DNA from: an uncultured Pseudomonadota bacterium
GTDB taxonomy: Bacteria; Chloroflexota; UBA5177; JAJPKF01
Assembly (NCBI GenBank): GCA_963836045.1
Contig: CAWIIC010000005.1
Coordinates: 821,646 to 885,645 of the forward strand
DNA length: 64,000 nucleotides
Direction of reading: 5' to 3'
A program made the translations under genes and the position numbers. The stretch's first letter is position 1, and each line of letters opens with the position of its first letter. The notes beneath the pieces are model-generated. The model did not search any database. It had not been told where the DNA came from and worked only from the letters and a program-made list of their open reading frames with translations. Positions 1-7,930 of the stretch are shown one piece after another.

Positions 1-361
1 CTACGCGTAGCGAGATAAGACCTTGGCGCCGAAGTGAGCGGCCGAACAGAATGATTCTATCGGCCGCGGGCCGTGACCGCACGAGGTGTCTGATTGTCTG
101 CCTATCTCCCTGCGCCTCAGCCCGAGCGATCAACTGCACCGTATGATGTGCCGCGGAGCAAATCTGAGATCCGTCGGAGGGAATGTCCGTAGTCCAACCA
201 CAAGCCTGCGGCCCCGACGGTAGCGTGCACGCCGATGACGTAGCCAGCCCAAAAGCAACAACGGCGGCAAGAAGAGCCTGCGGGATTTTGCCAGCGATCT
301 TCAGACGTGGCTCATGCAGGTTTGCGACGAAGTTCGACGACGATTGTCTCGGATGACGCAA
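1..361 (-). CDS. partial CDS running off the left edge; putative secreted or lipoprotein-like hypothetical protein
   Basis: Minus-strand frame stays open from about nt 450 down to nt 1. It encodes a signal-like stretch KIPQALLAAVVAFGLATSSAC. The only nearby start candidate is TTG at 361. It is absent from the ORF track because the window edge truncates it. Confidence 0.3.
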   Translation of the reverse strand, partial: MRHPRQSSSNFVANLHEPRLKIAGKIPQALLAAVVAFGLATSSACTLPSGPQACGWTTDIPSDGSQICSAAHHTVQLIARAEAQGDRQTIRHLVRSRPAADRIILFGRSLRRQGLISLRV

Positions 362-2030
362 GGTCGTAACGCATTTCTCGCCAAAGAAGCCACAGAGAGC
401 CTCCCGCCACGAGTAGCCAGAAAACGGCCAGGCCGGCGTCGCGATGAGTCCCGATAAATGGGGTTCGGGCGGCCAACCACCACACGTTGAAGTTGTTGAT
501 TTCGTAGCTCTCAGCTGGATTGGAAAGGTTTAAATGCTCGTAGGTGGGGATCGGTGATACGCCGAGGTTGTACTGGTTTTGCCCGAAGATACGGAGCGCG
601 GAGAGCTCGTAAACGTTCTCGAACGCCTGGATGATTGGGTTGCGACCAGGGTCCCAGTAGTAGTAGTACCAGAAGTGCCCGTCCTTCTCGCCCCAGTTAA
701 ACCCCTGCCGGGCGGCAAGCTGGCTGTGTATCTCCCGATACCAGAACCGATACTGTGGCGTCACCACGCCCACAAATTGAATAGCGCAGCTCAAGACCAC
801 AACGGAGACGAAAAGACGCTTGCTCCACGCTCCAAGATCCTGCCATCGTTCGAGTAAAATGCCCAATGGCAGTACCAAGAAGGGGGTTGCCGAATAGATG
901 TATCGAGGTCCCCAGGCTGGATCCCCGTGCCAATAGATAACTGTGCTGTAGAGCACGACAGTCATGACCACGATGGCCGCAAAGAATAGCGCCTGCAGCG
1001 GGTTCTGCCGATAGAACCACACGGCGACAAAAGGCAACGCAAACAGAACGGGCATGTACCAGATAATTCCCTTGCCCGGACTGATCAGTAGTCCCGTTAA
1101 GCCCTGCAGAGGAGGCTCACCGAATGTCGAAGGTATACCGGTTGTCGTCGCCGAGCCGAACCGGGCATAGTTCCAAAGCCCGGCGGCGAAGAATGCAGGA
1201 ACTAGCGCTACCGTGTAAATCAGCCAGTCATGCAATATGGAGCGAATAACCGAGAAATTGCGAAGCGAGTCGAAGATGAGCTGCCAAACCGAGCTCCCAG
1301 TCGGCGCGAGTTGAGCTTGTTCTACCGGCTGCAGCAATGGCTTTCTCCGGGCGATCCGCGCAGCGGCCATATAGAGCGGGAAGAGTGGAAACAGAATGCC
1401 TGTGTCATAACGAGTTAGGAATGCGGCGCCGAGGGATAGGCCACAGGCCACTATCCACCACCTCTTTTTCATCCCTCCACTGACGAAGTCCATGACGCAG
1501 AGCACGGCTAGCATCAGGAAGAACGTAACCTGTGTGTGCTCGAGCATGCTTTCGGCATCGGGCCAGAGAACCGATCCGAAGGCGAAGATCAGGGTAAGCA
1601 ACGCCGACACTCGCCGCGAATATCCCAATCGGACGGCAATGTAGAAGAAGACGATCGCCGTCAGGGCAGCGAAGATATCGTCCAACAGGTGTGTCGTATA
1701 GAGGGGGGTGTAAACGTAATCGTGAGTGAAATGATGGGCGATGAATTTCCCCGCGACGTACAGCGGGATCATCGCCACTGATTGTGCTGGGTCGTAAATC
1801 GTCACCAGCTTGCCATTCACTCCTGGGAGAACTCGTTTGTCGGTCCAGGTTGGAGTGTGAGGCTCGCAGTAGTAAATGCGGCCACAATCGACGATCGACT
1901 GAGTCGTCTGATACCGAAGTAAAGTGTCGCCGTTGCCCTGCAAATCATTGGGCGCCGTGAACACATAGACCGATAGGACGAAAAGCCCCAGCAGGGCCGG
2001 AAGCAGTCGAGCACGGTGACGCTTGAACAT
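312..2030 (-). CDS. polytopic GT-C fold membrane glycosyltransferase (GT39/ArnT/PMT-like, polyprenyl-phosphate-sugar dependent)
   Basis: 572-aa ORF with many hydrophobic helices. Overall organisation resembles ArnT/PMT-family proteins, with a short N-terminal TM, a loop, then multiple TMs. Confidence 0.6.
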   Translation of the reverse strand: MFKRHRARLLPALLGLFVLSVYVFTAPNDLQGNGDTLLRYQTTQSIVDCGRIYYCEPHTPTWTDKRVLPGVNGKLVTIYDPAQSVAMIPLYVAGKFIAHHFTHDYVYTPLYTTHLLDDIFAALTAIVFFYIAVRLGYSRRVSALLTLIFAFGSVLWPDAESMLEHTQVTFFLMLAVLCVMDFVSGGMKKRWWIVACGLSLGAAFLTRYDTGILFPLFPLYMAAARIARRKPLLQPVEQAQLAPTGSSVWQLIFDSLRNFSVIRSILHDWLIYTVALVPAFFAAGLWNYARFGSATTTGIPSTFGEPPLQGLTGLLISPGKGIIWYMPVLFALPFVAVWFYRQNPLQALFFAAIVVMTVVLYSTVIYWHGDPAWGPRYIYSATPFLVLPLGILLERWQDLGAWSKRLFVSVVVLSCAIQFVGVVTPQYRFWYREIHSQLAARQGFNWGEKDGHFWYYYYWDPGRNPIIQAFENVYELSALRIFGQNQYNLGVSPIPTYEHLNLSNPAESYEINNFNVWWLAARTPFIGTHRDAGLAVFWLLVAGGSLWLLWREMRYDLASSETIVVELRRKPA

Positions 2031-2132
2031 GGCTTATACATCTTACGAAATCCAATTCGTGAGGTGCAGGCACCCTCCATGGAACTTCCTCTTACACTGA
2101 CATGGGGTTTCTATTGAGGAGGGCGGGGAGAG

Positions 2133-3866
2133 ATGTTCGGCAAGGTGCTGGTTGCCAACCGGGGGGAAATCGCGGTTCGCCTCATTCAAACCCTTCGCGA
2201 AATGTCGATACGATCGGTCGCAATTTACTCGGATGCCGATCGCTCGGCACGTCACGTGCAGGAGGCGGACGAGGCCTACAGGATTGGACCCGCGGCTCCA
2301 TCGAAGAGTTATCTGAACGCGTCCGAGATTATTCAGACCGCCGTTCGCGCCGGTGTAGACGCCGTGCACCCAGGATATGGTTTCCTAGCCGAGAACGCTG
2401 CATTTGCTCGATCGCTGGCGGCCGCTGGGTTAGCGTTCATAGGTCCCTCGCCGGTAAGCATGGAGTTGATGGGCGACAAGATCGCTGCCCGCAGAGTGGC
2501 GACAGAAGCGGGTGTGCCGGTCGTCCCGGGCACAGAGGGTCCCGTCAGCTCGATCCAGGATGCCCGTGCTTTCATCGCAGGACATGGCCTGCCGGTGCTG
2601 GTGAAGGCGGGCGGCGGCGGTGGGGGCCGCGGTATTCGTCTTGTCGATTCTCAGGTCCACTTGGAAGAGTTCTTGGAAAGTGCCGCGCGGGAAGCTGAAG
2701 CCGCGTTCAACAACCGCGAGGTGTACCTGGAGCGATATTTCTCGGGAGCTCGCCACATTGAAGTTCAGATCGTTGGTGACACGTTCGGGGAAATCGTCGC
2801 GTGGGGAGAAAGAGATTGCTCGACTCAGCGGCGTAGGCAGAAACTCATTGAGGAAACGCCCGCTCCCAGAATCTCCCGGTCAGACCGGGAGGCCCTGCTG
2901 CAGGCGGCTTCATCCTGTGCCCGTGCGGTTAACTACGTCGGCCTCGGCACCGTCGAGTTCCTCTACACCGGCAGCGGCGAGTTTTGGTTCCTGGAGATGA
3001 ACACTCGCATCCAGGTAGAGCATCCGGTAACTGAGCAGGTGACCGGGCGGGACCTGGTGCGCGAAGGGATCGAGGTTTGCTGTGGGGGCCGAGCGAGCCG
3101 CAAGATAGTGTCGCGGGGGCACGCCATTGAAGCGCGCATCAACGCCGAAGATCCTGCCCGCAACTTCAGTCCCGGCCCCGGACTGATCACTCAATACCAG
3201 GAGCCCGGAGGTCCGGGCGTGAGGGTTGACAGTGGTGTCTATCAGGGATTCATTGTTCCGCGTGACTATGACTCGTTGATGTCAAAGCTGATCGTTTGGG
3301 CTTCTACTCGAGAAGAAGCGCGGAGCAGGCTCTCGCGGGCGCTGCGCGAGTTTCGTATCGATGGCGTCCCTTCGACTGTTCCGCTGATTCAGGAGATCGT
3401 CGAATCCGATACGTTCAGGGCAGGCGGCGTCACCACGACCTGGTTGGATACTCATCTCACGGAGCTAACGGGCCCGCCTCAACCCGTGACCAACGAACCC
3501 GACGACCAAGACAACAATGCCCGCGCATTCGACGTGGAGGTGAACGGGAAGCGCTTCTCTGTCAAGGTCCGGGCACGCGATGAAGCAGACAAAAAATCCT
3601 CAAGGGCGAAACCTAGGCGCACGCCAAGCGGCGGCGAAGCTGGCGGGCGATACATCCTCAGTCCCATGCATGGAACGGTGATTGGAATAACTAAGTCGGT
3701 CGGGGACTTGGTTGAGGAAGATGAGACGATCTTTGTCGTCGAGGCTATGAAGATGGAGAACGAGGTTGGTTCGGCACGGCGCGGCAAGATTGTAGCCATT
3801 CACGTGTCCCTCGGCGAAACTATCGAAGTCAATCAACAGCTCGCAGAACTGGATCCTCCCGAATAG
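2133..3866 (+). CDS. biotin carboxylase fused to a biotin carboxyl carrier domain (acyl-CoA carboxylase alpha subunit)
   Basis: N-terminus MFGKVLVANRGEIAVR, ATP-grasp glycine loop GGGGGGRGIR, and C-terminal biotinylation motif EAMKMENE. Confidence 0.9.
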   Translation: MFGKVLVANRGEIAVRLIQTLREMSIRSVAIYSDADRSARHVQEADEAYRIGPAAPSKSYLNASEIIQTAVRAGVDAVHPGYGFLAENAAFARSLAAAGLAFIGPSPVSMELMGDKIAARRVATEAGVPVVPGTEGPVSSIQDARAFIAGHGLPVLVKAGGGGGGRGIRLVDSQVHLEEFLESAAREAEAAFNNREVYLERYFSGARHIEVQIVGDTFGEIVAWGERDCSTQRRRQKLIEETPAPRISRSDREALLQAASSCARAVNYVGLGTVEFLYTGSGEFWFLEMNTRIQVEHPVTEQVTGRDLVREGIEVCCGGRASRKIVSRGHAIEARINAEDPARNFSPGPGLITQYQEPGGPGVRVDSGVYQGFIVPRDYDSLMSKLIVWASTREEARSRLSRALREFRIDGVPSTVPLIQEIVESDTFRAGGVTTTWLDTHLTELTGPPQPVTNEPDDQDNNARAFDVEVNGKRFSVKVRARDEADKKSSRAKPRRTPSGGEAGGRYILSPMHGTVIGITKSVGDLVEEDETIFVVEAMKMENEVGSARRGKIVAIHVSLGETIEVNQQLAELDPPE

Positions 3867-4039
3867 CAACGCATATTTACGGGCCACCATCCGTACCGCA
3901 TCGTCCGTGGCATCAGCGGGCACTTGATCTGGTCTTCCCGCCGAGGTGTGTCGGCTGCCGTACTCCCGGGGCCTGGATATGTCCCCGGTGCTGGGCGACA
4001 GTCCACTGGCTATCGCGAAATGCCTGCCCAACCTGCGGT

Positions 4040-4648
4040 ATGGAGTCGCTTCCGGGAACGCCCTGTCCCGCCTGCCTCGAGCGGTTCCACTCGGTCGGTG
4101 TCCGTGCCGCGACAGACTTTCGAGCTGTCACGCGGTTTGAAGGCACCGCGAGGGCCGCCGTTCACGAGCTTAAGTACTCGGGACACTTCAACATTGCATC
4201 TGTCATGGGACCGTTGATGGCTTTCGACGGTCTGTTCGCGGGCCGACTGCTCGTTCCCGTGCCCCTCCACCCCGCTCGGCGACGGTCGCGAGGCTACAAC
4301 CAGGCCCGTGTTCTGGCGCTACAGATGGCTCGAGTCACCCGTGACGGAAAGGTCAGCGGGCGACTACGGCGGACCCGTAGAACTCTCGATCAAGTAACCC
4401 TCGACACAGCCGCGCGCAGGAGCAACGTCTCGGGCGCATTCGTTTGGCACGGGCCAGCCGTCGAGCGCAGCGTCGTTTTGGTCGATGATGTCCTAACGAC
4501 GGGCGCCACACTCAACGCCTGTGCGGAGGCTCTAAGAAAAGTCGGTATGAATGCCATCGAGGCAGTCGTGTTCGCCTCGGCCTATCATCCGGACCGGCAA
4601 GGTGCTCCGCATCACGATGGCTTGGAGAATGGACCTGACTACTTCTAA
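4040..4648 (+). CDS. comF: ComF-family phosphoribosyltransferase-domain protein; the N-terminus is probably truncated by a frameshift (possible true start ATG 3979)
   Basis: PRTase motif VVLVDDVLTTGATL and N-terminal CPAC. The frame one position behind encodes MSPVLGDSPLAIAKCLPN directly upstream (see finding). Confidence 0.75.
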   Translation: MESLPGTPCPACLERFHSVGVRAATDFRAVTRFEGTARAAVHELKYSGHFNIASVMGPLMAFDGLFAGRLLVPVPLHPARRRSRGYNQARVLALQMARVTRDGKVSGRLRRTRRTLDQVTLDTAARRSNVSGAFVWHGPAVERSVVLVDDVLTTGATLNACAEALRKVGMNAIEAVVFASAYHPDRQGAPHHDGLENGPDYF

Positions 4649-6000
4649 CCGGTAGGAGTGTGCTGCTGAATCCAACTCGCCTCGGGCGGATAGAGGCGTA
4701 CATCTTGTCGATCGCCGGCCCAGCATCCATCGCGATAAAGTGCGAACAGCTTTCGTGTCTCAACCAGGCTCGGTTGAATGTGGACGTCCGACGTGTACAG
4801 ACGGATGTTGGTGTCCGAGATACCTCTCCAAACACCGTCTCTTTGACTTTCCCAAACCACTCTCGCGTCTGAGCCGAGACTTCGCCTGAGCAGTGCCGTT
4901 CTCCCCGACTCGGCCACCTCTCGGAGCCGTGCGCTGCGCTCCTTTTTCACATGTTCCGGCACGTGTCCGGGCATGTGCGCGGCGGCGGTCCCCGACCGTC
5001 GAGAGTACTGGAACACGTGCATACCGTCAAACGCACAGTCTTTGACGAATTCAATCCCTTCTTCGAACTCAGCTTCCGTTTCGCCCGGGAACCCGGCCAT
5101 GATATCGGTGGTGATCGTGACGCCGGGTACGTGCGATCGACAGGTGACCAGCATCTCAAGGAACGCAGCCTTGTCATACTTCCGTCGCATCCGTCGGAGG
5201 ACGCTATCGCTGCCAGCCTGGAGCGGGACGTGGAGATGTCTGCAGAGGCGGGAGTCCTCCCACAGTTTCAGCCACTCAGGGTTAAAATCTCCGGGCTCCA
5301 CCGAGCTGACGCGGATGCGCTGTGCGCTGGTCGATTTGAGTACCATGTCCACTAGACCGCCCAGGTCGGGGTACTCGGGCTCGTCTTCCCCATAGCTGCC
5401 GAGGTCGACCCCCGTAATCACGATTTCCGCATGACCCTCCGCAACGAGGTTCTCCACTTCTCTCACGATGTTATCCGGTTCAACGCTCCGGGATCTGCCG
5501 CGTGCCCGAGGAATAATGCAGTACGAGCACATACTGTCACAGCCGTCTTGTGCCTTGACCATGGCTCGGACTCTCTGCACCGGACTTGGAGAGATCAGCC
5601 CCTGAATCACTGCCTTCTGAACGCCCGGGGATCCAGTGATCGCGGTCCCGTCCGACTCAAAGGCTTGCTCGACAATAGCAATGAGGTTGCTCTTCTCACG
5701 GTTGCGCACCACGAGGGCTCCCTCAGAAGCGGCATCGTTTGGACTGATACTGGCGTAGCATCCTGTAGCTATGACAAGTGCAGCGGGGTTCGAACGCTTT
5801 GCTTGACGTAAGATCCGTCTGGATTTGCTGTCTCCGACGTGCGTGACGGTGCAGGTGTTAATCACGTAGACGTCGGCGCGGCTCTCGAACGGTACCGTCT
5901 CGAATCCACTCTCCTGGAATCGTCGCGCGAAGGCTTGAGTCTCAGCCTGGTTGACCTTGCAGCCAAGAGTGTAGAACGCGATCCGTTTAGTACGAGTCAT
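4645..6000 (-). CDS. mtaB: radical-SAM methylthiotransferase, MtaB-like (tRNA t6A37 methylthiotransferase)
   Basis: N-terminal IAFYTLGCKVNQAETQ, radical-SAM CDSMCSYC (CxxxCxxC), and a typical length of 451 aa. Confidence 0.7.
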   Translation of the reverse strand: MTRTKRIAFYTLGCKVNQAETQAFARRFQESGFETVPFESRADVYVINTCTVTHVGDSKSRRILRQAKRSNPAALVIATGCYASISPNDAASEGALVVRNREKSNLIAIVEQAFESDGTAITGSPGVQKAVIQGLISPSPVQRVRAMVKAQDGCDSMCSYCIIPRARGRSRSVEPDNIVREVENLVAEGHAEIVITGVDLGSYGEDEPEYPDLGGLVDMVLKSTSAQRIRVSSVEPGDFNPEWLKLWEDSRLCRHLHVPLQAGSDSVLRRMRRKYDKAAFLEMLVTCRSHVPGVTITTDIMAGFPGETEAEFEEGIEFVKDCAFDGMHVFQYSRRSGTAAAHMPGHVPEHVKKERSARLREVAESGRTALLRRSLGSDARVVWESQRDGVWRGISDTNIRLYTSDVHIQPSLVETRKLFALYRDGCWAGDRQDVRLYPPEASWIQQHTPTG

Positions 6001-6147
6001 AACTGACTATATCTGGCTGAGAGGCTACGTGAAGAAAAATGGCGCTGGGGACGCAGGCTGTTGTAGCCTTTAACACAACTGCATTGTATAACTAGGTATC
6101 GGAGGAGACCCCTCCGATGCCGGCTGACACTCTAAGAAAGGCTCCCC

Positions 6148-6714
6148 ATGGCTTGGCGCAAGACATTCCTCGGAGAACTGGCCGAGGTTGCGGTTATCGC
6201 GATCATTCTGTTCATGGTGGCGCGCCTTGCCGTCCAAAACTTTCGAGTTAACGGGATGAGCATGGAGCCATCGTTGCAGAACAATGAGTTCATTCTGGTA
6301 GATAAGCTGTCCTATCATTTCACTACCCCTCACCGCGGCGACATAATCGTGTTCAAATATCCCTACGGTAATGTTGACTTCATCAAGAGGGTCATTGGGG
6401 TCCCAGGTGATCGAATCTCTATTCACAACAGCTACGTCTATGTGAACGGCAAGAGGATCTCGGAGGGATACATCAAGGCGAAGCCCGACTACACTATGAC
6501 CACGATTCCAAACACTACAAGTAACGTCGTGCCCAAAGGCGACTACTTTGTTCTCGGAGACAACCGTAACAACAGCGATGACTCACACCTGTGGGGGCTT
6601 TTGCCGCGTCGCAATATTATTGGCCGAGCTTTGATCTCGTATTGGCCGCCCCAGGACTTTGGCTTCCTTGGAGCATCATCCTCAAAGACAGTGGCAGCGG
6701 GAGTGCATCGATGA
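6148..6714 (+). CDS. lepB: signal peptidase I
   Basis: Catalytic Ser box GMSMEPSL, Lys box KRVIGVPGD, and GDNRNNSDDSHLWG. Confidence 0.9.
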   Translation: MAWRKTFLGELAEVAVIAIILFMVARLAVQNFRVNGMSMEPSLQNNEFILVDKLSYHFTTPHRGDIIVFKYPYGNVDFIKRVIGVPGDRISIHNSYVYVNGKRISEGYIKAKPDYTMTTIPNTTSNVVPKGDYFVLGDNRNNSDDSHLWGLLPRRNIIGRALISYWPPQDFGFLGASSSKTVAAGVHR

Positions 6715-7049
6715 GCGGCTACTCGCGGGAGCTGCTCAAGGGAACTGCCGATACCCTGGTGCTGTCCACCCTCTCCGAGGGTGAGAAGTATGGATACCAG
6801 ATCGTTAAAGAGATTGACAGCCGAAGCAACGGTTTCTTCAGATTTAAGGAGGGAACTGTCTATCCCATCCTCCATAGGCTCGAGAAACAGGGCCTCCTTC
6901 TGGCTCGTTGGGAGACAATGCCGAATGGAACCGAGCGCCGCTACTACGGCCTGACCGCGGCCGGACATGCAGCCCTCCACGATAGAATTAATGAATGGAC
7001 CGGCTTTGCTCAAGCCGTAACTCGAGTGACGGCCGCTGTAGGAGCTTGA
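6711..7049 (+). CDS. PadR-family transcriptional regulator
   Basis: LLKGTADTLVLSTLSEGEKYGYQIVKEI...GTVYPILHRLEKQGLL. ATG 6711 overlaps the lepB stop (ATGA). The longer ORF-track start at 6591 lies inside lepB. Confidence 0.85.
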   Translation: MSGYSRELLKGTADTLVLSTLSEGEKYGYQIVKEIDSRSNGFFRFKEGTVYPILHRLEKQGLLLARWETMPNGTERRYYGLTAAGHAALHDRINEWTGFAQAVTRVTAAVGA

Positions 7050-7058
7050 CTACGATTC

Positions 7059-7487
7059 ATGTCGGATAACTTGCTGGAGGGCATCGAGCAGCGATTGCGG
7101 CTTACCGGCCGCGATCGTCGGCTCGTCGTGCGAGAGATCGAGTCGCACCTGGCTGAGAGCCGGATATATCTAGAGGCCTGCGGACGTACTCCAGAAGCCG
7201 CACGAGCCGAGGCATACGAGCGTTTTGGAGACCCGAACGAGGTCGCTGACATGCTCACGGCAGTTCATCGCCAGCGAACCCCGCGAATCCGTACGCTGGT
7301 CGCGGCCACCTTGCTTGTTGCTGCCATGTCCGCCGGTTTCGGCGCTGCCGGCGCGTTCGCTGCCTACGGTCTTGCGCCCAAACTCCCGCACCACAGCGCC
7401 TCCTATCAACATCGACACACCAGCCGGCATGGTTATGCCTCCTCGCACCACGCCCGGTCGCGCATTCAGCACGCGCCTACAAAATAG
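7059..7487 (+). CDS. PadR-associated membrane protein (DUF1700/HAAS-like N-terminal helical domain, one TM, His/Ser-rich tail)
   Basis: Lies immediately downstream of padR. N-terminal motif EIESHLAE...FGDPNEVA is typical of PadR-partner sensors, followed by TM segment LVAATLLVAAMSAGFGAAGAFAAYG. Confidence 0.55.
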   Translation: MSDNLLEGIEQRLRLTGRDRRLVVREIESHLAESRIYLEACGRTPEAARAEAYERFGDPNEVADMLTAVHRQRTPRIRTLVAATLLVAAMSAGFGAAGAFAAYGLAPKLPHHSASYQHRHTSRHGYASSHHARSRIQHAPTK

Positions 7488-7528
7488 TCTTTCGAGTGGT
7501 GGACACTGCGTGTTGAACGCTTGACTGG

Positions 7529-7930
7529 ATGGACACCATCTTCCTGGAGGGCATTGAGGTCTTTGCCTACGGCGGAGTCACCGAGCACGAGCGCAGTATT
7601 GGACAGCACTATCGAATGGATGTTGTTCTCGAAAGCGACTTGACGCTGGCCATCCAGACCGATTCACTGAACGACACGGTTAGCTATGCGGAAGTGTTTC
7701 AAGCGGCTACTCGCTTGCTTCGCGAGAGGCCATTCAACCTGGTCGAGTGTGCAGCCGGGAGGGTGGCCGCTGAGCTCCTTGACACGTTCGATGTCCACGC
7801 TGTCACCGTGAGACTCTGCAAAATGCTGCCACCCGTTGACGGTGTGCTGAATGGCGCCGGGGCCCAGATCACGGTGCGCCGGGAGTCGGCTCCCGCTGTT
7901 ACGTTCCCGGTGGAGGATAGATCCGCGTGA
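7529..7930 (+). CDS. folB: dihydroneopterin aldolase
   Basis: MDTIFLEGIEVFAYGGVTEHERSIGQHYRMDVVL... is typical of FolB. The 3' end overlaps the convergent GT-C gene by 32 nt. Confidence 0.8.
   Translation: MDTIFLEGIEVFAYGGVTEHERSIGQHYRMDVVLESDLTLAIQTDSLNDTVSYAEVFQAATRLLRERPFNLVECAAGRVAAELLDTFDVHAVTVRLCKMLPPVDGVLNGAGAQITVRRESAPAVTFPVEDRSA

Noticed and set aside
6098-6118. 8-bp hairpin ATCGGAGG-AGACC-CCTCCGAT in the lepB 5' region.
   Set aside because: It is short, has no U-tract and has no obvious link to a known element. It may modulate lepB translation, but there is not enough evidence to call it a feature.
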